NCBI GenBank assembly: GCA_017499595.2
Contig: CM039009.1
Location: forward strand, 1,054,001-1,118,000
Origin: Psilocybe cubensis
Taxonomy: Eukaryota
Length of the DNA stretch: 64,000 nt
Direction: 5' to 3'
The position numbers were made by a program, and so were the translations under genes. Position 1 is the stretch's first letter. The number at the start of each line of letters is the position of its first letter. The notes under the pieces were generated by a model. That model saw only the letters and a list, made by a program, of their open reading frames with translations. It ran no database searches and was not told where the DNA came from. This document shows positions 37,280 through 53,345 of this stretch, piece after piece.

Positions 37280-40200
37280 ATGACCGCTATAAATGCTATT
37301 GCTCCCAACTCGGCAGCCCCAGTTCGCCCAGAACTCAACCGTTTTACCAACGGTCTCATCGTTCCCGCTGCTCCAGTCACTTTCCCTACTTTACGAGAAG
37401 ATGGATCAGAAATGAGTGACGCCATTCTCGAGCTCATCGATGGGACTGCCTACCGGGGCATCAGCTTCGGTGCTGAGGGCAAGAGTGTCTCAGGAGAATG
37501 TGTCTTCCAAACTGGTATGGGGCATTTGCCAAAAATTTAATGAAATTACTGAGGCCGGTTTCTATAGGTATGGTCGGATACACTGAGTCCTTGACGGACC
37601 CTTCTTACGAGGGTCAGATTCTGGTATTGACCTACCCACTCGTCGGGAACTACGGTGTTCCTGCGCGACCCACAAAAGCAGAGCTGGATGCGATTCCCGC
37701 CGAATTCGAATCTTCCCGCATCCACATCGCTGCACTTATCGTTGGCTACTATTCAGAGGACTTCAGCCACTTCCTTGCAAAATCTTCTCTCAGCACATGG
37801 CTGAAGGAGAATGGAGTTCCTGCCCTATTTGGCGTCGACACTCGCGCCCTCACCAAAAAAATCAGAGAGAAGGGATCCATGCTCGCCAAGGTGTTAGCCC
37901 GCACCACAGGCCCAGGAACCAGTCGTCCCCTTGATCTTTCTGCCACCGCGGCTCTTTCCTCGGTGCCATCAACGCCTTACCCATGGCGCGAAGAATTCAT
38001 CGACATTCCTTTCTCAAACCCCAATGAACAGAACCTGGTTGCGGCAGTGTCTATTTCGGCGCCCCGTTTGTTCAAACCCACATGCAAACCTCGTCTTCAT
38101 CCCTCCGGTCGCCCGTTACGCGTTGTCGCCATCGATGTTGGGATGAAATACAACCAAATTCGATGCTTTCTGGCGCGCGGCATTGAACTCAAGGTGGTTC
38201 CTTGGGATTACGACTATCTGAACGATTCTGAGCCTTATGACGGTTTGTTTGTTTCCAACGGACCTGGCGACCCTTCAGTCTTGGGACCTACTATTTCGCG
38301 ACTTGCGAAGGCCATGGAGAAGAGCGATCGCCCTATTTTTGGTATCTGCCTTGGTCACCAACTGCTGGCATTGGCTGCTGGAGGCACAACCTCGAAGATG
38401 AAGTACGGTAACCGTGGACATAATATTCCTTGTACCGACGCCCTTTCGGGACGGTGCTATATCACCAGTCAAAATCACGGTTATCAAGTAGACACTGGAT
38501 CGCTCCCTACTGGATGGAAGGAACTTTTCAAGAACGCGAATGATGGTAGCAACGAGGGCATTTACTGCGAGGACAAGCCCTTTTTCTCCGTCCAGTTCCA
38601 TCCTGAGTCGAATGCTGGTCCTCGCGACACGGAATTCCTTTTCGACGTTTTCATCCAGAGGGTTGAGGACTGCGCCGTCACTGGAGCCATGACCCCCATC
38701 TCTATGCCTGGAGGTCAAAAGGAGGACAATGACAGACGTATTCCTCGCGCTAAGGTCAACAAGGTCATCATCCTCGGATCTGGTGGACTGTCTATTGGTC
38801 AGGCCGGCGAATTCGATTACTCAGGCTCCCAGGCGATCAAGGCTCTTAAAGAAGAGGGTATCTATACCATCATGATCAACCCCAACATCGCTACCATTGC
38901 CACTTCCAAGGGCCTCGCTGATAAGGTTTACTTCCTACCCGTTACAGTCGAGTTCGTCCGGAAGGTTATCAAGTTCGAGAAGCCGGACGGTATCTATGTC
39001 ACCTTTGGTGGACAGACCGCTCTCAGCGTCGGTATCGGTCTCAAGGATGAATTTGAAGAGCTCGGAGTCCAAGTTCTCGGAACACCCATTCAGACCATCA
39101 TCACCACCGAAGATCGCCAGCTTTTCGCCTCTGCCATGGAGGAGATTGGAGAGAAGTGCGCCGAGAGTCATACCGCGACCACGCCCGATGAAGCTGTCGC
39201 TGCTGCCCAAGCAATTGGTTTCCCTATCATCGTTCGTGCAGCGTATGCGCTCGGAGGCCTGGGCTCTGGTTTCGCGCAGGACGAGGCGCAGCTCCGTGCT
39301 CTGTGCAGCAAAGCTTTCGCAACTAGTCCTCAGGTCCTCGTGGAGAAGAGTATGAAGGGGTGGAAAGAAATCGAGTACGAGGTTGTCCGTGATTGCAGAG
39401 ACAACTGTATCACCGTTTGTAACATGGAGGTTTGTTTCGTTTTACCTTTCCATCCCTGGTTCTCTTCCAATTAATGTTCTGTTCTCGTTTGATAGAACTT
39501 TGATCCTCTTGGTATCCACACCGGCGATTCCATTGTTGTTGCACCCTCGCAGACCCTTTCCGACTCCGACTACAACATGCTGCGAACGACCGCTATCAAC
39601 GTCATTCGCCACCTTGGTGTTGTCGGAGAGTGCAATATTCAGTATGCTCTGAATCCGACGTCTCAAGAATATTGCATCATCGAGGTGAAATCTCTGACTT
39701 TACTGATCTTGGAACTTAAATTTAACAAAATATCATGACTAGGTTAACGCTCGTCTTTCTCGTTCATCGGCGTTGGCTTCAAAGGCCACTGGTTACCCTC
39801 TAGCTTTCATCGCCGCCAAACTTGGTCTCGGAATTCCTTTGAACGAGATCAAGAACTCGGTGACTAAAGTTACCAGTGCATGCTTCGAACCCAGTTTGGA
39901 TTACTGCGTGGTTAAGATCCCTCGCTGGGATCTCAAGAAGTTCAACCGCGTCAGCAGGCTTCTCAGCAGCAGCATGAAGAGTGTTGGTGAGGTCATGAGT
40001 ATTGGTAGGACATTTGAGGAGACAATTCAGAAGGCTATCCGTGCGATTGATGATCAATTCTCTGGATTTGCGAAGGTGTGTGGTTATCTGATTTGATATA
40101 TTGTTGCTTAACCTGAGGTCTGGCTTTGTGCTTGCAGAACGATTTCGTCGAGAACATCGATGAGGAATTGGTCAATCCTACGGACAAGCGTATCTTTGCC

Positions 40201-43200
40201 ATCTCGACCGCTTTCCATCGCGGATACAGCGTTGACAAGATATGGCAAATGACCAACATCGACAAGTGGTTCCTCAACAAGTTGCAGAACATTTTCAACA
40301 TGGAGAAAACCCTGTCGTTCGTGTTTTACTTTTACATGAATGAACCACTTTCTCACATTTATACAGGACTTGCACCGTTTCCAACTTGCCTACTCAGCTC
40401 TTGCGCCACGCTAAGCAATACGGTTTCTCTGACCGTCAAATTGCTGGATGCATAGGTTCCACTGAGCTCGCAGTCCGCAGGCTTCGTCAGGAATCCGGCA
40501 TTGCTCCTTTCGTCAAGCAAATCGACACTGTCGCTGCAGAGTTCCCAGCGTTTACCAACTACCTCTATACCACTTATAACGCTATTGAGCACGACGTCAA
40601 ATTTAACGACCGTGGTGTTATCGTTCTTGGATCTGGTGTTTACCGAATCGGTTCCTCGGTCGAGTTCGATTGGTGCGCTGTCCGTGCCATCCGAACCCTT
40701 CGCGAACAGGGTCTCCCCACCGTCATGGTCAACTATAACCCCGAAACTGTCAGTACCGACTACGACGAGGCTGATCGCCTATACTTCGAGAATATTAGCT
40801 TGGAGACGATCTTAGATATCTACGACGTTGAAAGCGCCCGCGGTGTTATCCTGTCCATGGGTGGCCAAACGCCCAACAACATTGCTCTGCCACTTTACCG
40901 CCAGAATGTCAAGATCTACGGAACTTCTCCAGAGATGATCGACATGGCCGAGAATCGATACAAGTTTTCGCGTTTGCTTGACGAAATTGACGTCGACCAA
41001 CCTTTGTGGAAGGAATTGACTAGTTACGAGGCCGCAGCCGACTTCTGCGAGAAGGTTGGCTACCCTGTGCTCGTACGCCCTTCTTACGTCCTTTCGGGTG
41101 CGGCAATGAACGTCGTATCCACCAACGACGATCTGGCGAACTACCTGACTCAGGCCGCAGAAGTATCGCGCGACCACCCCGTCGTTATCTCCAAATACAT
41201 CGAGCAGGCGAAGGAAATCGAAATGGACGCGGTTGCGAAGGATGGCAAGATGATCATGCACTACATCTCCGAGCACGTCGAAAACGCTGGTGTGCACTCT
41301 GGCGATGCCACGCTCATCCACCCACCACAGGACCTCGACCCCCAGACCGTGCGCCAGATCGAAGAGGCGACCGCCAAGATCGGCAATGCGCTTAACGTCA
41401 CTGGTCCGTTCAATATCCAGTTTATTGCAAAGAACAACGAAATCAAAGTTATCGAGTGTAATTTGCGTGCAGCGCGTTCGTTCCCATTCGTGTCGAAGGT
41501 GACTGGTGTGGATGCGATTGAGATGGCGACAAAGGTTATGCTTGGTATCCCGGTCGAAGCATACCCTGATCTTGGACTCCCTGCGGATTATGTTGGTGTC
41601 AAGGTTCCTCAGTTCAGTTTCAGTCGTCTGTCGGGAGCAGACCCTGTGCTGGGTGTGGAGATGGCCTCGACCGGTGAGGTTGCCTGCTTCGGACACGACA
41701 AATATGAAGCGTACCTCAAGGCGTTAATTTCGACTGGTATCGTCCCCCCCAAGAAGAACATTCTCTTCTCAATTGGAAGTTATAAGGAGAAGTTGGAGAT
41801 CTTGCCTTCGGTTCAGAAGCTCAGCGCTGCTGGATACAACATCTTCGCTACTTCTGGTACTTCAGATTTCTTGACCGAGCATGGCGTTCCTTGCAAGGTT
41901 CGTTTTGATTATTTTTTCGGTTCAATCTTTACTGATAACTTTCATTTCTAGTACCTCGAGACCCTTGGAGAGGACAGCCGCGACAAGCAGAAGTCAGAAT
42001 ATTCTTTGACTCAGCACTTGGCCAACAATCTCATCGATATGTACATCAATTTGCCGTCGAAGAATCATTACCGTCGTCCAGCTAGCTACACCAGTAAGGG
42101 TTACCATACCCGTCGTATGGCTGTCGACTTTGCTGTGCCTCTCATCACCAACGTCAAGAATGCTAAGATGCTCGCTGAGGCTCTCGTACGCAGGCTCCCT
42201 CTGGATGTCTCTAGCCTCGACTCCAAGAGCTCTCATCGCACGCACACCTTCCCAGGGTTGATCAACATCGGTTCTTTTGTCCCTGGTCTGACGATGGCCG
42301 ATAACAAGGACTTCGCTGCTGCCACTGAAGCTTCACTCAGCGCCGGATTCACCACCGCGCTCATCCTTCCATTCGGCGTGAACAACTCCATCTCGGATCG
42401 CCAGACACTTGAGCAGGCTCGCTCGAATGTTAGCGGAGCGGCACATTGTAACTTTGCGTTCAGCATGACAGCTACCGCGGCGAATGCTGGTGCCCTTGAC
42501 GAGGAGCTGCTCGCTGAGGTCAAATCGCTCTTCATCCCTTCGGCAACTCCCTTGTCTGTCGTCGCTTCCCACTTCTCGTCATGGCCAACTGAGAAGGCCA
42601 TTGTTACTGATGCCAAGAGCTCAGAGCTTGCCTCCATCTTACTTTTGGCCAGTCTTCACGGCCGTAGCGTCCATATCACTGACGTTAGAACTACCGACGA
42701 TCTCCTTCTCATTTCCTTGAGCAAGGCCAAACAGCTCAAAGTTACTTGCGACGTGTCAGTGTTCTCTCTGTTCTTCACTGAAGAAGAATATCCAGGCACA
42801 GGAATTCTTCCCACCGCCGCCGCTCAGAAGACTTTATGGAACAAGCTCGAAGTCATTGATGCCTTTTCCGTCGGAACCATTCCTCACCAGCTCGCAACCG
42901 CTCTAGGAAAACCAGCGACTGCTTGGTCCGGTGTTGGTGAAACTTTGCCTCTCTTGTTGTCGGCTGTGATCGATGGTCGATTGACTTTAGATGACATCAG
43001 AGTCCGCCTACATGAGAACCCTGCCCAGATCTTTGGTATCGCCGAACAATTCCAGACAAGCGTCGAAGTTGTCATTGGTCGTAAATCCAAGTTCGCTGGC
43101 GATGAAAACACCTGGTCGCCTGTCCAGTTTGCTTCTGCAGCTGTCCATCGTGTTGTTGTCCATGGCCAGACTTCGTTCTTGGATGGCACTTTGTTCTCCA

Positions 43201-44474
43201 CCAATGCTGGTCGCGATATCTCCAGCACTCTTTACACTCATTCTGGCACGCAAGCACCTGCTGCTAAAGAACCGGAGACACCCTACCGCGAGGCTCATAC
43301 TGTGCCCAGCAATGCCATTGCTCAATCCGTGGGATTCCAACAACAACAAGGCCCTGCTTCCCAAGTCTTGTCGCACGTTCAGCTTCACCCTGCTTTCCAC
43401 CGACGCCACATACTTTCTGTCAAGCAGTTTTCGCAGCGTGATATGTACGATCTTTTCGCCATTGCCAACGAGATGCGCCTTCAGGTTGAAAGGAACGGCA
43501 GCCTGGATATCCTGAAGGGAAAAGTGCTCTGCACTGTGTTCTACGAGCCATCGACACGTACTAGCTCTTCGTTTGACGCCGCTATGAAGCGTTGTGGTGG
43601 CTCTGTTGTCCAGGTCACTGCGGACACCTCGTCGGTCATGAAAGGTGAAACCTTGCCGGACACCATTCGCACTTTGGCTTGCTATGGAGATGCTATCGTC
43701 CTTAGGCATCCTCAGATGGGCAGTGCTCAGGAGGCTGCTAAATTCTCTCCCGTTCCTATTATTAATGCTGGAGACGGGATTGGCGAACACCCCACTCAAG
43801 TACGCTCTAATCTTCGAACTTTGATATTACCTTGCTGATTATATTTTCCCTTTGCAGGCCCTGCTTGATATCTACACCATTCGTTCTGAGCTGGGTACTG
43901 TCAACGGAAGGACCATCACCCTCATCGGCGACCTCAAGAATGGAAGGACAGTTCACAGCCTTGTCACCTTGTTATGCTTGTACTCTGTCCGCCTTAACTT
44001 TGTCTCTCCTCCTTCTCTCGCGATGCCATCCAACGTCGTCTCCGCAGCACGCAAGGCTGGCATCCCTGTCACTATTTGCGAGTCTCTTGAGGAGGTCCTC
44101 GCCGATACAGACGTCCTATACGTCACGAGGGTCCAGAAGGAGAGGTTCACGAATGAGAGCGAGTGGTTGCAGGTCAAGGATGCTTACCGCATCGACCACG
44201 CTGTTCTCTCCAGGGCGAAGGAGGAGATGATCGTTATGCACCCCTTGCCCCGCGTTAACGGTTAGTGACAACCATGTTAATCTAGTTCCAAATGCTAATC
44301 AACTTCTACAGAAATTGATCCCGAGGTTGATTTCGACTCCCGCCGTGCAGTGTACTTCCGTCAAATGCGCTATGGACTTTTTGTAAGTACCTTCGACTCA
44401 TCCAATGAAAATATGGTCTGATTGTCTTCTTTTTTCAGATTCGTATGGCTTTGCTTGCTTCTGTTATGGCGTAA
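37280..44474 (+). CDS. URA2: Multifunctional pyrimidine protein: glutamine-dependent carbamoyl-phosphate synthetase, pseudo-dihydroorotase, aspartate transcarbamoylase
   Basis: GATase FGICLGHQ and QFHPE; CPSase [20 protein letters not shown]; ATCase [24 protein letters not shown]; ends [11 protein letters not shown]. Confidence 0.97.
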
Positions 44475-44765
44475 AATCGTTATAGCGTAGCATGTGTTAT
44501 CATTTTTATTATTTGTAGTCACAGTTGCTATCGTTCTCACTCTCAAAGACTTTGATTTTCAATATCATGATTATACATACATAGAGCATTTCTTCGGACA
44601 CGTCGAGAATTCACGGGAACTTGTATTTCATATTTAGAAGCAATGTTCAATTTATAAAAAGTATATTAGAAGCGTAGATAATTTTATCGTATTATGTGTT
44701 ATTTTAGTTTATACAACCAATTATTGGGATTGGTATAATAGATGTCGCGTAACGCCAGCAGATGT

Positions 44766-46061
44766 TTATCGACAAGGAACTAAAGCCTCCAAAACTTTGG
44801 GTATAACATCTTCATGTACTTTCCCTCCCCATAGTACATCTAGATGCTCGTAATCGTACAACCGTCGGCATTTTATATTCTGAGGAAGATGTTTTAGTGC
44901 TGTTTCAAGGTCAAATAGGCTGTCATGGTCGCCATAAATGAGGACAATCGGTGTTTTGATCCCTTGCGTTGGATATGGCGTCAACGAGGACGCGCTTCTT
45001 CCGGCGCCGTCTTCGTATGTGCTGAATACCGAGTTACGCATTATTTGTGACCAGTGTACGACAGCCTTGACGGAAGAACTGCAGTAGATGTTGTTGTAGG
45101 CGGCTATCTTCTGCGCGTAGGTAATGTTTTTGTTGTAAAATCCTAAGAGGTACATGACGGCGACGTCCACAATTCTGTGGAGGATTGAGGCAGGGAGAAT
45201 GGACTGCCACATGGCAACGGATGGAAACATTGATTTACGCCCGAATATTCGGTATATAATAGACGGACTGCATTAATAAGAACAGGGTAGAACAACGTCG
45301 AATAAAAAACTTGACTTACTCGCGTTTTACAAAAGAATCCAAGTAAGAGAATGAATACCCAGGGGGAACCATGATGGGTGCCAATGCGATGAATACGTCA
45401 ATCTTTTCGTTAAGGTCGGGATGAACGCTCAAGGAAGCGAAAGCTTGTGCTGTGCCTTGACTAAATCCGATGTAGCTTAACTTTTCCTGGCCAGTATGCT
45501 TCAGCACATAATCAATTGATGTGGGAATGTCATGGCGGGCGAAATCGTCGATGCAGAAATCCTATGGATCATTGTTCAACCTAGCCATTGATGGAACAAA
45601 TTGCTGTTTGCGCACCCAGTACTCTGGAGAGTCCACTTTCTTATGTAGATGGCGTCGGGAATATTTGTTTCCTCTTTTGAAAACAATCAGAAGCCCGAAC
45701 CGTTAGATAGATTGACTGAGTCGCACCTATTATTTCCCATCCATACATCGTATCCCTGGTCAGCCAAAACAAGCGGAATGCATTTCCTAGAATCCGTAAC
45801 TCGCATGAACAGCTCGCTGTTCGTCAAAAGGCCGTGTTGCATGTAAACGACACGTCTCTGGCCCTCTGCATTCGTGGTACCTCCCTTGGGCAAAATTCTC
45901 TGCAAAAGTAGCAGGTAGCCATCATCGGTTACAATGGGATGATCTTCGTGCTGGTACCCAAAGATAGAACATATCTGGCGAAAGTTCTTCGCGTTTTTGA
46001 CCTTCTTCGCGACGTCAAGTTCTATGGCGTCTGATGATGGGGGTTGAGCTGAAAGTGGCAT
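44766..46061 (-). CDS. AB-hydrolase lipase / sterol esterase (TGL1/YEH-like)
   Basis: TDDGYLLLLQRI, YMQHGLL, GYDVWMGNNR, IGFSQG (GxSxG), YGDHDSL, YEHLDVLWG. Confidence 0.88.
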
Positions 46062-46773
46062 GATTCTGGTTATTTTTGTTTGGCTGAAGATAAAATGAAG
46101 AACTTGACAGAGTCATACGCGTGATTTCGTGAATAAAGCCGAAGGGCATTTCTTGTCATATGTATCAGGGTATGCGTGCATGCAACACCATGATCTCATT
46201 CCAATCCGTTGTCGAGACGGGTTACAAGGTTGGTGCCAAGACACAGTGCTGAGTTTGAGTCGGAGGTTGGTCGGAGGCAAACATTATGATTTGATGGGAT
46301 TCGTTCAGGCTTCAAGCTTCATTTGTTGCTGGCAGGCTGCCTTCGTTGGTTCCTGTTGGTTCTTCCACTAGAACGTCCGCGTCATGCTCCAAGACCTGAA
46401 AGTTAAAATAATCTATCTCCCAACATACTACAAATATACAAAGGCTATTGCGGCAATATTTGCGACCAGCAGATAAGCTAGCTGGTGCATGAGTGGGAGA
46501 TGTTCTATGGACTGCCCAGCGAAGCAATGCAATTGATCAACAAATAAAATGAAAACTTTCAGCAGGTCCCACGTATTCTATCGCATTTAAATCTCGTGGA
46601 ACAAACATGCGACTCTCGCAGTATATTTGGGAAATGAGTTAAGTCACCATCAATTTGTCTTACTGGATGCTTCACTTCATTGGCCTGATTAAAAAGATCA
46701 TCGCACGTACGATTCAATTCTAGACAGAAAGCGTTGGAAAACATTCATAACGATCTAATTACACGCATTTCTT

Positions 46774-47526
46774 TACCATCGGCATGGTCGATTCTTGCGT
46801 TCTTCTTAGGAGGAGAAAATCATCATACGTGCAGTCCATCGGTCATGGTCAGGTGAATTTTTTCTGGAAGAGACACAAAACGCACAGCAACTTGAACTCA
46901 TGACTATTTTTGTTTATAGCCACATTAGGATCTGCGTAGAAAATAGTCATCCATTTCTCCTTGTCCAAGCTGTCTGCATTTTTCATTGTTGTTACCCTCG
47001 ACATTACTATCTCAGCACACGTTTTATGGAGGAAGTTGACTCGTTTACCTCGTTTACCCGAGCCATCCCCTTCCTCAAATTTTTCAAACCGTCCAACCTT
47101 AACTGCACAAAATCTTCATTCATATCCGCCTTTAGCGTTAGAACCTCCATCATCGATGTTGTCAACTCGATCATCACCACCAGACGGCTCTGCGACTTCA
47201 AACACAACGCCTGGAGCAGGAACAAGAGCGTTTGATATAGTAAGCAAAACTTCTCCACTTTTCTCAACAATTCAGTAGTGATAACGAAAATATCAAAGCC
47301 AATCTATAACCTATGCTTTCGTATTTGCCTTTTCCTCGTGGCACAGGCTTTTTTTAGGCTAGCCTACCAAATCGTAACAGCTCTTCCGAATCAGGCGAAG
47401 ATAAACATCGACGCTCTCAACTTTGCTGATACTCTTATAACAACCGTAGCGTATTCAGCTGCACTTATATTTGGACTTAGTGTATTTTTCCCAGGAAAAG
47501 CCCTCGTCAGCTATGATCCATCGTAG
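46774..47526 (+). pseudogene. Possible degenerate 7TM/GPCR-like membrane protein fragment
   Basis: Hydrophobic segments LPSAWSILAFFLG, HPFLLVQAVCIF/IVVTLDITISAHVLWRK, LCFRICLFLVAQAFFRLAYQIV, TLITTVAYSAALIFGLS lie in alternating frames; one GT-AG intron about 46853-46919; no clear 5' part. Confidence 0.3.
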
Positions 47527-48431
47527 ACAGACTTCGATATCATGTGAAAATAAATGTATATGATGATATGAACTATCCAACGAAGATTCACGAATGAGTC
47601 GGCAGGCAATAAAAAGTTGTAAAATGAGCCAAAAAAAAACAAGTCGATGACATAACGGACCGTAGGCCGGTTTGTTTCCCACACCCTGATTATCACATCT
47701 TTCCCGCGCCTTTTCCCAGTACCTCGCTCACGCTCCCTCTCACTCCTCGATTATTTTATCAGATTTTATGCAAATATCATTCATATCTATGCATTTTACT
47801 CTCCTCTAAACTTTCCCAGCCGTTCAACTTCGCTTTGTTCTCTGTCACTGAGATGGTCAACGTTACATACTATCTTTCGGTCACGCAGGTCACACCACAT
47901 CAGAGCCAAGCCCAAGGCTGTAGGCAACAACTCACTGATACTTAACCCCATTATTCAAGTCGCTTTCCGGTTCAAGTCTCGATTTGTCCAGAAGTACTGC
48001 CTTTCAGAATTCAGATGCCTTAGGAGTGGTTCAGAATATTCAGGCGTCGCAATGTTGTAGTGATTCATCAAGATAACCCGAAACTCCCACTTCAAGACGA
48101 TCTAGAAGTTTGACTAGGAGGAATGACACCCGAGAGAAACAAACTAGTGCGCTTCTTTGTTGTTATTTAAAATATGTATACTTATCGTCAGTATGATGAG
48201 AGATTCTGGGATGGGCAAGGGCATGTACCTGACCTTGATTTGGTCCATAATTAAAGTCATCTGTCTGATCCAGTACCCCAATTGCGTGATCGCGTTCTCC
48301 ATTATGCCATTTATCAAGCACGCAATAATTCTCATGGGCTTTCCCTCGAAATATAAAAAGCATTGTCTCCGGAATTCGTATGTACAAGTTTTCAATCCAC
48401 GGACGCAACCCCTTTCACACACTCATCTACA

Positions 48432-50486
<2,055 letters not shown>

Positions 50487-50954
50487 ATGTCCTCGACATG
50501 ACGATACCCTTGTTTTTTGAACAGTTGATTATTTCATATTGGGCCTGTAAACACAAAATCTAATTGTATTTTTAATCCACGACGAACAAAAAACGCAGCC
50601 TCATTTTGTAACCAAACTTTACCTATCTACATATCTATCTACACATCTATTTAAAACTTTGAGGAAACTTGAGTTGATCAAGAATTGATAATTAATTTTG
50701 TGGTGAGGGCTTCCTGTAAATTTAACGTGTGGCACCGCCTATCAAATGTCAATGACGCGTTGTCTAAACGAGGTAAGGTCGGCTAATTGGTTGCATTACA
50801 ACTTGCCTCCACTTGCACCTATACCACCACTACGTCTAACCACGTTCTTGCTTCATTTCTCTATCAATCCAGTTTCTCACGTCCTCTCAACATAACCTAA
50901 GGACTATATCACATACAGTTACATCGCTCCAACTTTTACGCAGTCAATTAAGCT

Positions 50955-51967
50955 ATGGCCCCTGCAGCTGCGACCACAACACAACCCATAAACGTCAAGC
51001 TTCTGCTCATCGGAAACTCCTCCGTTGGAAAGTCAAGCCTGCTGCTACGGTTTTCCGACGAACAGTGGCTGCCGGAGGATGAAAGTAGTGCGACCATCGG
51101 GGTTGATTTTCGAGTGAGTAGAACGAACAGGCTACCAGGGTCTAGTTCATCTCTTTTGGTCCCTTAGCGGGCTTAAAGCACCAGACGTGGATGGTTTCTT
51201 ATCTCTATTGACTACTCCCGCCGTCTATAGGTGCACAAGATGGATGTCAAGGGCAAAAAAGTCAAACTAAGCATATGGGTGCGTCGTCGTTTCCCCCAAG
51301 GGTTCTACATCCATCCAACGGAACTCAGGAGTCATTTTGACACATCTACAGGACACAGCGGGTCAGGAACGGTTTAGGACTATTACATCTTCATATTATC
51401 GAGGTGCTCAGGGTATCATTCTTGGTGTGTCAATGCGCAACTTATGCATGACATGTGTTTATGGCTCAACTCATGCCTCTTTTTCCCTTGGGGAATGAAA
51501 ATCAGTTTATGACGTTTCCAATCGGGAATCGTTCGAGGCCCTGCCACGGTGGTACAGCGAATTGGAAACTTACGTCTCGAGCTCCGTGGTGAAGATTCTT
51601 GTAGGCAACAAAGTGGATAAAGTGCGTCATGTCCCTTTGATCTACTGCGTCCAGTATTGTATGCTCACACCGACACTGTCCTCTTTCAAACATCCAGGAG
51701 TTCTCAAGACAAGTTCCAACCGCTGAAGCAGAGAAGTTTGCTGCCCGTATGTCGTCTCTGTTTATAGAGACCTCTGCGAAGACCTCTGTCGGGGTGAAAG
51801 AGGCATTCCAGGAGGTTGTAGAGAGCATTCTCGACACCCCGGAACTTTGGGATAACTCTGCCAACAAGACACAAAGTACAAGTGGAGGGAATGGTGGTGT
51901 TCCAGGGGGCGTTCAGGTTGTTGGGTTGTCGGATGCAGCCAGGCAGGAAAGTGGATGTGCTTGTTGA
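50955..51967 (+). CDS. RAB18: Rab-family small GTPase, Rab18-like
   Basis: [64 protein letters not shown]-terminal CAC prenylation motif. Confidence 0.9.
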
Positions 51968-52566
51968 TTGCTCATTGTGTTCTCTTTCCACCTTTCAAGT
52001 TCCTCCTCAACTCTTTCATGTTGCATCTTCGTATGACCACTAGTGACCCCTTATCGGATCTTCTATTTTTGTTTAATAGCATCTTATGACATTCACGAGC
52101 ACATTTTCTTGACTCTATGTAGAATGTAAGCATTCATGGCGGCCGCCAAATCTGATAGTGCTATGCAGTAGACACATTTTCATGATTATGACGCGCAACA
52201 TGGCAAACGTATTGTATTTCCAGGTACCTGGGTCTACATCTTCAGATGATCAAAGCACTATCGCACATCCCGAGGGGAGAGAAAGGAGAAGGCAGAATAT
52301 CCAGAAAAGCGAAATTCCTCTCGATATCTTGGAAAATACGAGGCTAATAAAAGGAGCTCGTGGTTAAAGCCTCTGGATATGCGTACAAGCGGTGCTTGCG
52401 AGGTATAGCTCTGGGCCTTGTAGTCTACCCTGAGTGTGCGTGCCTATCCTCCCTGAAGCCGTAAAATAGTCAGCAAAATGGGAAATGATATGCAAGAATT
52501 CTGCAAACCTTTTGAAGGAAAACGAGTTTGTACCAAATGTCCAGTAAATCCACTCGGGACAAACTT

Positions 52567-53203
52567 TCAACAACTCCAATTGATGTCCAAAGCAAGGCGA
52601 TTGCTCAAGATGCCCAGTCGAGATTTGAGAGCTTGGACATCCTCGGGAGTAGGTCTGGCGCTTTCTCCCCTGATTTTTCCATTCCCGGCACTGAGACTAG
52701 CAAGCATGTCCTCGATGCCTTCCATGTCGCGTTTGGCAGCAAGATCTTCGTGAACATCAAGTTCTTCGCCCTCTGCCTCGAGATGTTCACGCGCATGCTG
52801 CTCAGCTTCGAGATCCCGAGGCATGATATCCGAAAAGCGAACTTTAGAAAGCTGTGATGATATATCTTGCACCTCGGCAAGCATGCGATCGTGCTCTGGG
52901 ACATCGGGGGTGACCTTAAGGAAGGAAAGCAGGACGGAGGTAACCCCGCGCAAGAGGCCTAGCTCGCGTCCGATAGGCACGCCAACGTTGGCAAAACCAT
53001 CGTTAAAACCTTCCTGGGAGGCTGCCTCTTTTCCGGCGGTGATACCTTCACGATATCCGACCTTGTGGGCTAGTTTGTGCATTAAGATTTAATGAAACGA
53101 GATGATCCTTGGTACGTACGTTGGTGAAATCGGAGGAAATTCTGGACCATTCAACGTCTCTGGAAGTTGTGTCCATTGGGTCTTCATCCCATGGAGAATC
53201 CAT
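52567..53203 (-). CDS. YAE1: Yae1-like protein (Fe-S/Rli1 maturation adaptor; deca-GX3 motif)
   Basis: MDSPWDED...EWSRISSDFTN|VGYREGITAGKEAASQEGFNDGFANVGVPIGRELG. Confidence 0.85.
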
Positions 53204-53345
53204 GATTGGTTAGATACCGTTTAGAAAACTGCGAACAAAGTTGGAAGAAAATCGAGTGTGGCCCTTCGGCAGTTCGGTCTACTATTTGTGCATGCTTGAT
53301 TGGGATACTCTCTTGCCACAGCCTTCCTCGTATAGACCATAACAA

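Noticed and set aside
40812-43799. Long antisense ORFs (294 aa, 263 aa) opposite URA2
   Set aside because: Shadow ORFs expected from the codon bias of a conserved gene; no motifs.
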